This document shows positions 38,362 through 47,444 of a DNA stretch of 64,000 nt, piece by piece. Below the pieces are notes generated by a model. The model worked only from the letters and a program-made list of their open reading frames with translations. It did no database searches and was not told the origin of the DNA. Every line of letters starts with the position of its first letter. Positions within the stretch are counted from its first letter, which is position 1. A program made the position numbers and the translations under genes. The stretch comes from Candidatus Pacearchaeota archaeon (GTDB taxonomy: Archaea; Nanobdellota; Nanobdellia; Pacearchaeales; GW2011-AR1): assembly GCA_041659945.1 (NCBI GenBank), contig JBAZXH010000001.1, positions 425,292 to 489,291 on the forward strand, read 5' to 3'.

Positions 38362-39429
38362 TTGATTTTTATGCTTAGCAAAGAACAAATAGCTGAAATA
38401 AGGGAACACCTTGAAAAGGCCCAGAATCCGGTATTCTTTTTTGATAATGATTGTGATGGGCTTATGGCTTTTATATTATTGAGAAGGTTTATTGGCAGAG
38501 GAAGAGGGGTTGCAATAAAATCCTTTCCTGAATTGGATGAGAGTTATGCTAAAAAGATTGATGAATTTAATGCAGATTATGTTTTTGTTTTGGATAAGCC
38601 TTTGGTGTCAGAAGAATTTATTCGGGAGGTTCGAGAAAGAAATCTGCCCCTTGTTTGGGTTGATCATCATGATGTTAAGGTTAATTTTGATTTTTCTAAG
38701 GAGGAGATGAGTAATATTTATTATTTTAATCCCATGATTTTGAAAGATGGTTCAAGTGAGCCAGTAAGTTATCTTGCCTATAAAGTTGCTAATAATAGAG
38801 AGGATGATTGGTTGGCAATGGTTGGATGTATTGCAGATAATTTTATACCTGATTTTTCTGAAGATTTTTTCCCTAAGTATCCTGAGATTTTTACTAATCA
38901 AAATCCCTCTTCAGCCTTTGAAGTTCTTTATGAAACTGATTTTGGAAAGTTAATTATGATGCTGAGTTTTGGACTTAAGGATAGAACTAGCAATGTTGTT
39001 TATATGATTAATTTTTTATTTAAAGTTAGGTCTCCCTATGAGATTTTAAAGGAAGATGATAAAAACTTTAAGATATTAAGAAGATATAATCAGATAAATT
39101 CTTTCTATGAAAAAGTTCTGGATAAGGCTAAGAAGGTAGCTAGAAGTTCAAAAAAGGTTGTTTTTTTCAAATATAGTGGTGAATTGAGTTTGAGCGCGGA
39201 TTTATCTAATGAATTAATTTATAGATTTCCGGCTAAAATAGTGATTGTTGCGTATGTTAAGGGCAGTGTAGCTAATGTTTCTGTGCGGGGAAGTGAAGAT
39301 GTTTTGGCTGTGACTGTTGAGGCTATTAAATCAATTGATGGAGCAAATGGTGGAGGGCATAAGCATGCCACTGGTGCTAAGATGAATGCAGATGACTTGC
39401 AAAAATTCAAGGATTTTTTTGGTGAATAA
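38362..39429 (+). CDS. DHH/DHHA1 phosphoesterase (NrnA/RecJ-like nanoRNase)
   Basis: The DHH-family motifs are FFFDNDCDG and VWVDHHDV, and the DHHA1 motif is GGGHKHATGAKM. Confidence 0.75.
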   Translation: MIFMLSKEQIAEIREHLEKAQNPVFFFDNDCDGLMAFILLRRFIGRGRGVAIKSFPELDESYAKKIDEFNADYVFVLDKPLVSEEFIREVRERNLPLVWVDHHDVKVNFDFSKEEMSNIYYFNPMILKDGSSEPVSYLAYKVANNREDDWLAMVGCIADNFIPDFSEDFFPKYPEIFTNQNPSSAFEVLYETDFGKLIMMLSFGLKDRTSNVVYMINFLFKVRSPYEILKEDDKNFKILRRYNQINSFYEKVLDKAKKVARSSKKVVFFKYSGELSLSADLSNELIYRFPAKIVIVAYVKGSVANVSVRGSEDVLAVTVEAIKSIDGANGGGHKHATGAKMNADDLQKFKDFFGE

Positions 39430-39440
39430 ATTGGTATTTT

Positions 39441-39567
39441 GAAAATGTGAAGACAAGAGTTCACTCCGTTCACTTTACTTCAATAAGTTAAAGCTAAGTA
39501 AGCAAGTTAAGCTATGATAAATCAGGTTGAATTTTGCTGCGCAATAATTCTTATGGTGTGATTTCAA
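39441..39567 (+). repeat. conserved intergenic element, copy B of 3
   Basis: It contains gaaaatgtgaagacaagaGTTCACtccGTTCACtttacttcaa ... gaattttgctgcgcaataattcttatggtgtgatttcaa. Confidence 0.6.
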
Positions 39568-40004
39568 GAAGGTTTATACAGTTTAAATTATGTTACTAAA
39601 ATTTTGAAATTTTAGCAACTTTATCGTGGTATTTTTATTGAAGTTTTATGCTTTATAAATCTAATTTTGTATAATAAAGTATTTAAAGTTGGTATACTTA
39701 TCATAGTTATGAAAGGACTAGCTAAGATAAATCCAATATGTACTTATTGTAGACTTAGCGTAGTCTTTACAATCATTAAACACCTATCAATTTAATCCGT
39801 TGCTCTTTCTTTCCTGGATTAAGTTGAAAGTTGTTATACAGACAGGTTAGAAAGGGTTTTTGATTGAATTGATAAGAGGCAAAAATCAAACAAAAAACCT
39901 CTAGCACAAGTGAAAAAGAAAAAGAGTATGTAGAAAGAGAATTGCAAAAGCTTGTTGAATTTACATGCAAGTTGGAGAATGAATTTGGCAAGTTAATGGT
40001 ACTT

Positions 40005-40027
40005 GCGAAGTAGTTTTTCGCTTTTTT
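40005..40027 (+). terminator. hairpin GCGAA-gtagttt-TTCGC followed by T6, a candidate plus-strand terminator for an unannotated transcript
   Basis: The stem-loop and T-run are visible directly in the sequence. No plus-strand ORF of at least 60 aa lies upstream of it. Confidence 0.3.
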
Positions 40028-40077
40028 CGTTTGGATAGGGGTAAGTATGGCCTTTTAACAGCCAATGGATACAAAAT

Positions 40078-41526
40078 TCAATAACTCTTGCTAAAGTAAG
40101 TTAGAAATGTTTTTTTGCTATTGCAAGATATGCAAGGATGATCTGTTTCTTTTTCATTAAGGGGAATACATCTTGATGAGGCTCCGCCAGTTTTGTCTTT
40201 TATTTCATCTTCACAGGATTCTTTGCCACAGAAATAAACCCTTACAAGTTTTCTACTTTCTATGGCTTTGATCATTTCAGGCATTTTATTTACTAGAATG
40301 GTGTTATTTTCTAGTTCTTTTTTTGCTTTTGAAAAAAGGTTTTCTTGCATTTCTTCTAAAACTTTCTCTATTTGTTTTTTAAGATTTGAGAGTTTCACAG
40401 GCATTTTTTCTTTGTTATCTCTTCTAACTAGAATTACCTGTTTGTTCTGGACATCTTTTGGACCTATTTCAATTCTTATTGGAATACCTTTTAATTCCCA
40501 GTTGTTATATTTCCAACCGGGAGTGTATTCTTTTCTGTCATCTAGTATTGGGTTAAAAGTTTTGAGTTCTTTTTCTATTTCTTTAGTAGCTTTTAGAATT
40601 TTTTCAACAGCATCTCCTTTAATTATGGGAATGATAACTACTTTATTTTCAGCTATACTTGGAGGAAGTATCAAACCATTATTATCACTGTGAGTCATTA
40701 CCAACGCTCCGATTAATCTTGTTGATAAACCCCAGGAATTTTGCCATGGAGTGTGCATTTTTTCATCTTTTCCTAGGAAGTTTATATCAAATGACTTTGC
40801 AAAACCCTGACCAAGTTCGTGAGAAGTGCCGCATTGTAGAGCCTTGCCATCAGGCATAAATGCTTCTATTGCATAGGTTGTTTTTGCCCCTGCAAACTTT
40901 TCCTTTTCTGTTTTTCTACCAACAATGACCGGTATGGCTAGGAGTTCCTCACAAAGTTTAGCATACAACTTTATGTAGTTTATCGTATCTTCTTTACATT
41001 CTTCTTCTGTTTCATAGACGCAATGGCCTTCTTGCCATAGAAATTCTCTTGATCTTAAAAATAATTTTGTTGCTTGAGTTTCCCATCTTACAACATTACA
41101 CCATTGGTTAATTTTTAGCGGAAGATCTCTATATGATCTAATCCATTTGCTATAGGAATCATACATTATTGTTTCTGATGTTGGTCTTATTGCAAGTCTT
41201 TCACCATCCTTTGTTAATGAAGCGTCAATCCATGCTACTTCGGGTTTGAAACCCTCTGCATGTTTTGCTTCTTTTTTAAAAAAAGATTCGGGTATGAATA
41301 GGGGAAAATAGGCATTTCTTACTTTTGTTTTTTTAATTATATTTTCATTAAAGTAGTCTTGAATTGCCTGCCATATTGCATATCCGTTTGGGCGAATTAT
41401 CATTGAACCCTTTACTACTGAATAATCTGCTAGCTCGGATTTTAGACACACTTGAGAATACCACTCAGGCATATCTACTTCTTTTTTTACAGTTATTCCC
41501 AAATCATTTTTTTCTTCTTTTGTCAT
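40078..41526 (-). CDS. proS: prolyl-tRNA synthetase, archaeal/eukaryotic type with a C-terminal zinc-binding domain
   Basis: Class II motifs are present and the C-terminus reads YFCGKESCEDEIKDKTGGASSRCIP...CISC. Confidence 0.9.
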   Translation of the reverse strand: MTKEEKNDLGITVKKEVDMPEWYSQVCLKSELADYSVVKGSMIIRPNGYAIWQAIQDYFNENIIKKTKVRNAYFPLFIPESFFKKEAKHAEGFKPEVAWIDASLTKDGERLAIRPTSETIMYDSYSKWIRSYRDLPLKINQWCNVVRWETQATKLFLRSREFLWQEGHCVYETEEECKEDTINYIKLYAKLCEELLAIPVIVGRKTEKEKFAGAKTTYAIEAFMPDGKALQCGTSHELGQGFAKSFDINFLGKDEKMHTPWQNSWGLSTRLIGALVMTHSDNNGLILPPSIAENKVVIIPIIKGDAVEKILKATKEIEKELKTFNPILDDRKEYTPGWKYNNWELKGIPIRIEIGPKDVQNKQVILVRRDNKEKMPVKLSNLKKQIEKVLEEMQENLFSKAKKELENNTILVNKMPEMIKAIESRKLVRVYFCGKESCEDEIKDKTGGASSRCIPLNEKETDHPCISCNSKKTFLTYFSKSY

Positions 41527-41553
41527 TTTATAATATCTTATAACAGGGTTTGT

Positions 41554-42459
41554 TTAGATGATTTTATTAATCTTTTGTTTTTCAAGAATTTGGTTTATCA
41601 TTTCTTTTGCAGCATTTGATTCTAGTGCAAAACCTAAGTTTTCTGTGTTTTTTATTTTAAAGTTATTTATTCCTATTACTTTTCCAGTTTTATCTATTAA
41701 AGGTCCACCAGAATTTCCTCTATTTAATGGAGCGTCTATTTGAATGTAACTATTAATTCCATTTGGGCCCTCTCTTTTTAGTCCGCTTATTATTCCTTCA
41801 CTGGCTGAGAATGAAAGGCCTAAAGGATTTCCTAGAACTATAGCCTTTTCTCCTATTTCTAAATTGCTTGAGTCTCCAAAATCTAGATGGTCATAAGTTC
41901 CGCTGTCCATTTTTAAAACAGCTATGTCAAGATTTTCATCATAGCCTACTAGTTTCACTGGAACAAGTTCAGTTTTATTGTATAGAAGAGCCTTTGCATG
42001 ACTTCCTCCAACTAGAACATGAGCGTTTGTTACAAGATATCCGTCTGAACTAATTATAAATCCAGAGCCCTGGGCGACCTCTGTGCTTATGCTTACTACT
42101 CCTTTGATTGACTGTTGAATTATTCCAGAAAAATCATTTCCTGAAGAAGCTTTTAATTCACTTACTTGAGTAGTCAGGTCATTTTTTACTGATAGTACTG
42201 TGGCAGTTAATTTCTGTGTTCTTTCTAAGTTTTGTTTTTCAACGTCAAGAATTTGACTTTCCAGTTCAAGTTTAGTTTTATTTATGGAAGTTTCAATATT
42301 TTTATTCATATCTTGTTTTAAAAGATAAACATTTTGAGCTAGGTAGATTACAGAAAGAATTAGTAAACATTCAACGGCAATAAGAATTATATGTTTATGC
42401 GCCTCAATTTTTTCCATGATTCTTTTAGTTAAAGTAGATTTATTAAGGTTTTGATGCAA
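41554..42459 (-). CDS. HtrA/DegP-like trypsin-fold serine protease (S1C) with an N-terminal TM anchor and no obvious PDZ domain
   Basis: The catalytic-triad motifs are VTNAHV (His), D-x-A-V-L and GNSGGPL (Ser). Confidence 0.75.
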   Translation of the reverse strand: MHQNLNKSTLTKRIMEKIEAHKHIILIAVECLLILSVIYLAQNVYLLKQDMNKNIETSINKTKLELESQILDVEKQNLERTQKLTATVLSVKNDLTTQVSELKASSGNDFSGIIQQSIKGVVSISTEVAQGSGFIISSDGYLVTNAHVLVGGSHAKALLYNKTELVPVKLVGYDENLDIAVLKMDSGTYDHLDFGDSSNLEIGEKAIVLGNPLGLSFSASEGIISGLKREGPNGINSYIQIDAPLNRGNSGGPLIDKTGKVIGINNFKIKNTENLGFALESNAAKEMINQILEKQKINKII

Positions 42460-42537
42460 AACCTTAGGAGAGAAGTTAAGTTATAAAGAAAGAGTAAAGC
42501 TATTAAAGTATGAAAAAGTTTAAGAGATGTAAGATAT

Positions 42538-42609
42538 GGGCCTATAGTTCAATGGATAGAACGTCCGGCTTCGGACCGGATAATCTAGGTTCGAATCCTA
42601 GTAGGCCTA
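42538..42609 (+). tRNA. tRNA-Arg (anticodon TCG)
   Basis: It reads GGGCCTATAGTTCAATGGATAGAACGTCCGGCTTCGGACCGGATAATCTAGGTTCGAATCCTAGTAGGCCTA. The D-stem is GTTC/GAAC, the anticodon stem TCCGG/CCGGA, the anticodon loop CTTCGGA and the T-loop TTCGAAT. Confidence 0.85.
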
Positions 42610-42772
42610 TAATTATATTCGAACCTAGGTTTGATATCACTTTATCTTCGTAAGAAGTAAAGTTGCCAAGAATCTAAGATTCTTGAGCACTAGTAGGCCT
42701 ATAGTTCTTATTACTAGTCTATCAAGATTTAAAAACATGTTTGATTTATAGATTATATGTTTGGAGAGGTAT

Positions 42773-43909
42773 ATGAAAGTTAATTTTGGTAAGAAAACAA
42801 TTCTAGGAGCATTTACACTTGCAGGCACAATGATTGGAGCAGGTATGCTTGGATTGCCATTTGTTTTTTCAAGATCTGGATTTTTAATTGGGATTTTTTG
42901 GTTAGTGTTGCTGGGGTTGATTATGACTCTGGTTCATTTGTATATGGGGGAAATTATTTTAAGAACTCGTGGTGAACATCAGTTGCCAGGTTATGCTGAA
43001 AAGTATTTGGGGGTTGCTGGTAAGAAGGTTATGTTTTTTGCAATGTTTTTTGGGATTTATTCTGCTTTAGTTGCTTATCTGATTGGAGAGGGGCAGAGTC
43101 TTTCTTATTTTTTTATGGGTAATTTAGGGTATGCAATTGTTTTTGGATGTTTATTTTGGTTTATAATGACTCTACTTCTGAGAAACGGACTTAAGGGATT
43201 AAAAAAATTAGAGTCTTGGTCTATTCCAGCAGTGATTATCATAGTATTTATTTTGCTATTTTATCTTCTTCCCCAGATTAAGTTTGAAAATTTAGCTCCT
43301 ATGAATTATGATTTCTTTTTTGTTCCTTTGGGAGTTACTCTTTTTGCTTTATTGGGATTTAGTTCTATACCTGAAGTTGGTAGGGTTATGAAGGGTCAGG
43401 AAAAAAATATGAAATTTGCATTGCTTATTGGAAGTTTAATACCAATAGTTTTATACGCAATTTTTGGTTTTGCCTTTGTTGGAGTTTTTGGTAATGCTGT
43501 TAAGGAAGTGGCTACAATTTCTGTTGGAAGATATGCTTCTTTGTTGGGTGTATTGACAATGGTAACGAGTTATTTTGTTTTGAGTTTTGCTCTGAAAGAT
43601 ATGTTTGAAGTTGATCTGAAGATGAAGAAACAGACAATATTCTTTTTAGTTTATATTTTGCCAATTATTTTGTATTTAGTTATAAGTTTGTTTGACCTTG
43701 TTGATTTTGTTAGAGTTCTGGGAATTGGAGGAGTTATTTCTGGAGGAATTACCGGTATGCTAATACTTTTAATGAATTATAAATCAAAGAAATATGCTGA
43801 AAGAACTCCAGAATATTGGATACCCATAAATTGGTTTATTATAGCTTTTATTAGTCTGCTTTTTATAATTGCAGTTATAATCCAGCTAGGTATTTTAGAT
43901 GTGATTTAA
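42773..43909 (+). CDS. amino-acid permease (HAAAP/Trp-Tyr permease-like)
   Basis: It has about 11 TM helices and an N-terminus (KKTILGAFTLAGTMIGAGMLGLPFVF) typical of this family. The track ORF begins at a TTG at 42761, and the first ATG is at 42773. Confidence 0.65.
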   Translation: MKVNFGKKTILGAFTLAGTMIGAGMLGLPFVFSRSGFLIGIFWLVLLGLIMTLVHLYMGEIILRTRGEHQLPGYAEKYLGVAGKKVMFFAMFFGIYSALVAYLIGEGQSLSYFFMGNLGYAIVFGCLFWFIMTLLLRNGLKGLKKLESWSIPAVIIIVFILLFYLLPQIKFENLAPMNYDFFFVPLGVTLFALLGFSSIPEVGRVMKGQEKNMKFALLIGSLIPIVLYAIFGFAFVGVFGNAVKEVATISVGRYASLLGVLTMVTSYFVLSFALKDMFEVDLKMKKQTIFFLVYILPIILYLVISLFDLVDFVRVLGIGGVISGGITGMLILLMNYKSKKYAERTPEYWIPINWFIIAFISLLFIIAVIIQLGILDVI

Positions 43910-43957
43910 AGATGTATAGGAATTCTTATAAAGTCTAGGGGTTATTTTGTTTATTGT

Positions 43958-44197
43958 ATGGCAGAAGGGTCAACTTTGAAAGATTGTTTGTCTGATTTAA
44001 ATGTAGGTGATACTTTTAGAAATTTAGAAGAGGGAGGACATTATGTTGTTGAAGAGGCTGCTTATTTTGGAGTTAATGGAAAAAGAGTTCCAGTTAATAT
44101 GAGAGTTAAACATTCTCATATGAGATACTGTTGTATTCCAACAGTTGATAAATGTTGGTTGCTTGTTGATAAACATTTGGATGATCCGACGAGGTAA
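43958..44197 (+). CDS. hypothetical protein with atypical composition
   Basis: The ORF is 79 aa with no motif. Confidence 0.25.
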   Translation: MAEGSTLKDCLSDLNVGDTFRNLEEGGHYVVEEAAYFGVNGKRVPVNMRVKHSHMRYCCIPTVDKCWLLVDKHLDDPTR

Positions 44198-44226
44198 ATA
44201 TTTGATGTAATAATACTTATAAACGA

Positions 44227-44535
44227 GTGTTTTATCAGTTATTTATGACCGATTTATTGTATGATCTTGTCTGGAGAAATGAGCTTTCTAGAAGCGATTA
44301 TGGGGAAGCTTTAGTATTTCTTGCTAGAAAAGGATATGCTCTTTATTTAGATTCTCAAGTTTTACCTGTGGATGAAAAAGATGAAAGTAAAGGTTTTAAA
44401 GCTACGTTCAGGTCGATGAGGCCTATTGAACCATCATTTTTAGAAACAGAAATTGATATCTCTTTTTTTAAGAAGAGGGCACAACGCCATATTTTCATAA
44501 GACTTAGTAGAACTACTGAGTCTAAATCTAAATAA
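44227..44535 (+). CDS. hypothetical protein with atypical composition
   Basis: The ORF is 102 aa with no motif. Confidence 0.25.
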   Translation: MFYQLFMTDLLYDLVWRNELSRSDYGEALVFLARKGYALYLDSQVLPVDEKDESKGFKATFRSMRPIEPSFLETEIDISFFKKRAQRHIFIRLSRTTESKSK

Positions 44536-44548
44536 GAGTAGTCATTGT

Positions 44549-44686
44549 TTATTTATTCTTTTTTTCATATTCTGTTTTGCAGGAATCACTGCAAAAGTTT
44601 ACTTCTTCTCCAGATTTTGATTTATGTTTAATCATTCTCCAGTAATCTTGAATCATCTTTCCGCAATTTTCACATTTGTAGTGCAT
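44549..44686 (-). CDS. 45-aa zinc-ribbon/TRASH-like protein; it is below the 60-aa cutoff of the supplied ORF track
   Basis: Manual translation gives MHYKCENCGKMIQDYWRMIKHKSKSGEEVNFCSDSCKTEYEKKNK. The C-x2-C...FCSxxC spacing is reminiscent of L24e/TRASH domains. Confidence 0.35.
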   Translation of the reverse strand: MHYKCENCGKMIQDYWRMIKHKSKSGEEVNFCSDSCKTEYEKKNK

Positions 44687-44697
44687 TTTAATGTTAT

Positions 44698-45555
44698 TTA
44701 CTCAAATCTTGGGTTTGATTTTCTTTCTAACAAAGGATAGAAAATCATATTTAAAAGAATTCCTGTGAAAATTATATCTGAGAAAAATAGGTTTCCATTT
44801 GTGAAGAACAATATTAGGTTTATACTAACAAAAGAGGTTAAAGTTATTGATACTTGATGAAGAATGTAACCATTTCTATAAAAAATAATTATTAAAGCAA
44901 ATAATATAACTGGGAATATTAATAATGTGCTTTTCGATATGAACAATAAAGTAATAATAGAAAGTATAAATAAAGACAAGATAATTATTACACTTTTATT
45001 TATTCCAAGATTTACTACTATTGTCTTCTTACTTGATTCTTTATTATGTTTATAGTCTCTTATATCTCCAATAATTGATCTTGCACTAGACAAAAGAAAT
45101 ATAGTTAAGATAATTAATATTTGTGTTAGGTTTATTGAATGGCTATAAAACATTAAAGCATATAAATAATATTGAGATTGAATTAAACCTCTTATTACAA
45201 AGCTACAGTTTCCAAATAGCTGATTTTTGTTTTTTTGTAAATATAGTAATATAAAAAATGTGGATGTTAATGAAAATATTGCTGTATAATAATTAAAGTA
45301 TAATCCAATTATTAATGGAATTAAAAGAAAAATGATTGTGAAGACAAGTTTGGGCTTTGCTCTATACTCATAACTATGCTTTAGCTCTAATATTAGATTA
45401 AAAAATATCCATAATGAAACTAGGCATATGGCAAGGATTATGTCTTTTGTAGAAAATTCTAGGGATTTTTCAATAGAACTTTTGGCAATTAAACCAATTA
45501 AGATTAAGTCTATCCACGAGTATAATCGAAGATTAAAGATGTTTGATTTTGTCAT
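44698..45555 (-). CDS. polytopic membrane protein, hypothetical
   Basis: It has about 8 TM helices. I see no Asp-rich prenyltransferase motifs. Confidence 0.4.
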   Translation of the reverse strand: MTKSNIFNLRLYSWIDLILIGLIAKSSIEKSLEFSTKDIILAICLVSLWIFFNLILELKHSYEYRAKPKLVFTIIFLLIPLIIGLYFNYYTAIFSLTSTFFILLYLQKNKNQLFGNCSFVIRGLIQSQYYLYALMFYSHSINLTQILIILTIFLLSSARSIIGDIRDYKHNKESSKKTIVVNLGINKSVIIILSLFILSIITLLFISKSTLLIFPVILFALIIIFYRNGYILHQVSITLTSFVSINLILFFTNGNLFFSDIIFTGILLNMIFYPLLERKSNPRFE

Positions 45556-45863
45556 TTTTTATTTTTTCTTATTTCAATTGCATGACTTTCATAACACTTT
45601 GCGAGTGATTCAAGTTGTTCTTCCATTTCTGAATGCGCTTCAGGGAATGGTGGATTTGGGCATGCAACTGATATTATTTGTTTCATGTTATCTCTTATTA
45701 ATTTTGCTGCTTCCTCATAACACTCTGCTGCCCTGAACATATCTGTTCTTGATTCTTGTCTAGCTCCATATTCATCTAATCTAATTATTTCTGACATTTG
45801 AGCTAATGACAGATAAACCATTGCAGCTATTCCACTATGCCTTCTTTCAAAACTTGTTCTCAT
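45552..45863 (-). CDS. hypothetical protein with atypical composition
   Basis: The ORF is 103 aa, Glu/Ala/Arg-rich and predicted helical. Confidence 0.3.
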   Translation of the reverse strand: MRTSFERRHSGIAAMVYLSLAQMSEIIRLDEYGARQESRTDMFRAAECYEEAAKLIRDNMKQIISVACPNPPFPEAHSEMEEQLESLAKCYESHAIEIRKNKK

Positions 45864-45864
45864 T

Positions 45865-46350
45865 TTAGTAACCTCCTGTAAAATTTAGATTAAATATTTT
45901 TATTAGAACTTTTTTTAGATCTTTTATTTCATTTATATAAATTATTTCTTTATCTTTTAATATGGGGTCTTCTGTTAGTTTTTTCCAAGTTTTTGAATCA
46001 TTTGTGATTGCATAATCAATTGCTCCTTTTAACATCCAGTCCCTTAACCATTCTGTTTCATTTTCTACAAATATTACTATTAGTTTGTTTGTATTTGAAA
46101 ACCAACCAATTTCCCAAGCACAGTCTCTTCCATATGGTGGAAGCAATAGACAAATGTCTGCCTCTTTCATTGCTTTCATATCCATTTCTCTGACTTCTTT
46201 TGGTAGTTTTTCATGGTCTAAATTCCAAGGGTTATGTTTTTGAGGCATAAAAACACTTATTGGATAGTTCAAGCTATTACAGACTCTTTCATTCCATTCA
46301 TGAGCTTCTTTTGCTATTCTTGCACTAAGGTATACTTTTATTTTTTCCAT
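45865..46350 (-). CDS. nucleoside 2-deoxyribosyltransferase / DNPH1 (Rcl)-like protein
   Basis: The ORF is 161 aa with an N-terminal KVYLS and the region EADICLLLPPYGRDCAWEIGWF, consistent with the flavodoxin-like deoxyribosyltransferase fold. Confidence 0.45.
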   Translation of the reverse strand: MEKIKVYLSARIAKEAHEWNERVCNSLNYPISVFMPQKHNPWNLDHEKLPKEVREMDMKAMKEADICLLLPPYGRDCAWEIGWFSNTNKLIVIFVENETEWLRDWMLKGAIDYAITNDSKTWKKLTEDPILKDKEIIYINEIKDLKKVLIKIFNLNFTGGY

Positions 46351-46470
46351 TTTCTTTTTATGTTGTTACCTCTTAGTAGTTATGTATTATTGTATATATA
46401 TTAATATTATTCTATACTTTTTGCTAAAAAGGGAAAATCTTATAAACTATTTTGTATAAATATTAATAAT

Positions 46471-47442
46471 ATGGTCAAAACTGAACAGATAGATAATTTA
46501 GACAAGAGGATACTTTATGAACTTGATTTGAATTCAAGGGCAAGTGCAAGCCAAATTGCGAGGAAACTTAGAGTTTCAAAAGAAACAGTTAATTTTAGGA
46601 TACAGAGACTGTTAAAAAGAGGTTATATAAGTAATTTTTATACTATTTTTAATACATCTAAGCTAGGAAGTTTTTATTATAAGGTATTTGTTAAGTTTGG
46701 TAAAATAACTCCTAGAATAGAATCAGAAATTATTAGTTTTATAAGAAACCAAAATAATTGTGCTTATTTGTGCAGTTGTGAAGGACCATATGACATTATA
46801 TTTTTGATTATGGTTGAGAATAACGATCAATTTCATAATTTTTTAATAAAATTTAAAGAAAAATTTGGAGATTATGTTTTTGATAAAAATTTTCATATAG
46901 TTATAAATACCCATAAACTAAACCAGAAATTTCTTTATTTGGGTCAATCAAGGAAACATTCTTTTTATCAGGGAGATATTAAAAAAGAAGATTATGATAA
47001 AATTGATTTGAGAATTATGAAAATTATTTCAAATAATGCTAGAATTAGTTTAGTAGAGATTGGTGAAAAATTAAATTTGGACCCAAAAGTTGTAAAATAT
47101 AGAATTAAAAATCTTGAAAAAAAGGGAATTATTATAGCTTATACAACAGCTTTAAACTTTGACAAACTCGGTTTTGAGTTTTTTCAAATAAATTTTGTTT
47201 TGAAGGATGTTAAACTAATACCACAAATAATTAACTTTTTTGATAATACTAATAAATGTCTTTTTGCTCTTGAACTGCTTGGAAAATATGATCTTACTAT
47301 AGAGCTTCATGTTGAAAATGACAAGGTTTTGAGAGACATAATGGATAAATTTAAATTAGAATTTCAAGAAAAATTTATTGACTATGATCTTTTTAATATT
47401 TATAAGGAATACTTAATGACTTGGTCTGCTTTTGAAGAATAA
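46471..47442 (+). CDS. tandem-duplicated Lrp/AsnC-family transcriptional regulator (two HTH-AsnC plus RAM-like units)
   Basis: There are two HTH_AsnC signatures, LDKRILYELDLNSRASASQIARKLRVSKETVNFRIQRLLKRGYI and IDLRIMKIISNNARISLVEIGEKLNLDPKVVKYRIKNLEKKGII. Confidence 0.7.
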   Translation: MVKTEQIDNLDKRILYELDLNSRASASQIARKLRVSKETVNFRIQRLLKRGYISNFYTIFNTSKLGSFYYKVFVKFGKITPRIESEIISFIRNQNNCAYLCSCEGPYDIIFLIMVENNDQFHNFLIKFKEKFGDYVFDKNFHIVINTHKLNQKFLYLGQSRKHSFYQGDIKKEDYDKIDLRIMKIISNNARISLVEIGEKLNLDPKVVKYRIKNLEKKGIIIAYTTALNFDKLGFEFFQINFVLKDVKLIPQIINFFDNTNKCLFALELLGKYDLTIELHVENDKVLRDIMDKFKLEFQEKFIDYDLFNIYKEYLMTWSAFEE

Positions 47443-47444
47443 TT

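Noticed and set aside
39776-39991. Whether the 71-aa minus-strand ORF in the long proS-DHH intergenic region is a real gene.
   Set aside because: It has no motif and an implausible composition. It sits in a region better explained as non-coding or ncRNA, and is kept only as part of the finding on that region.
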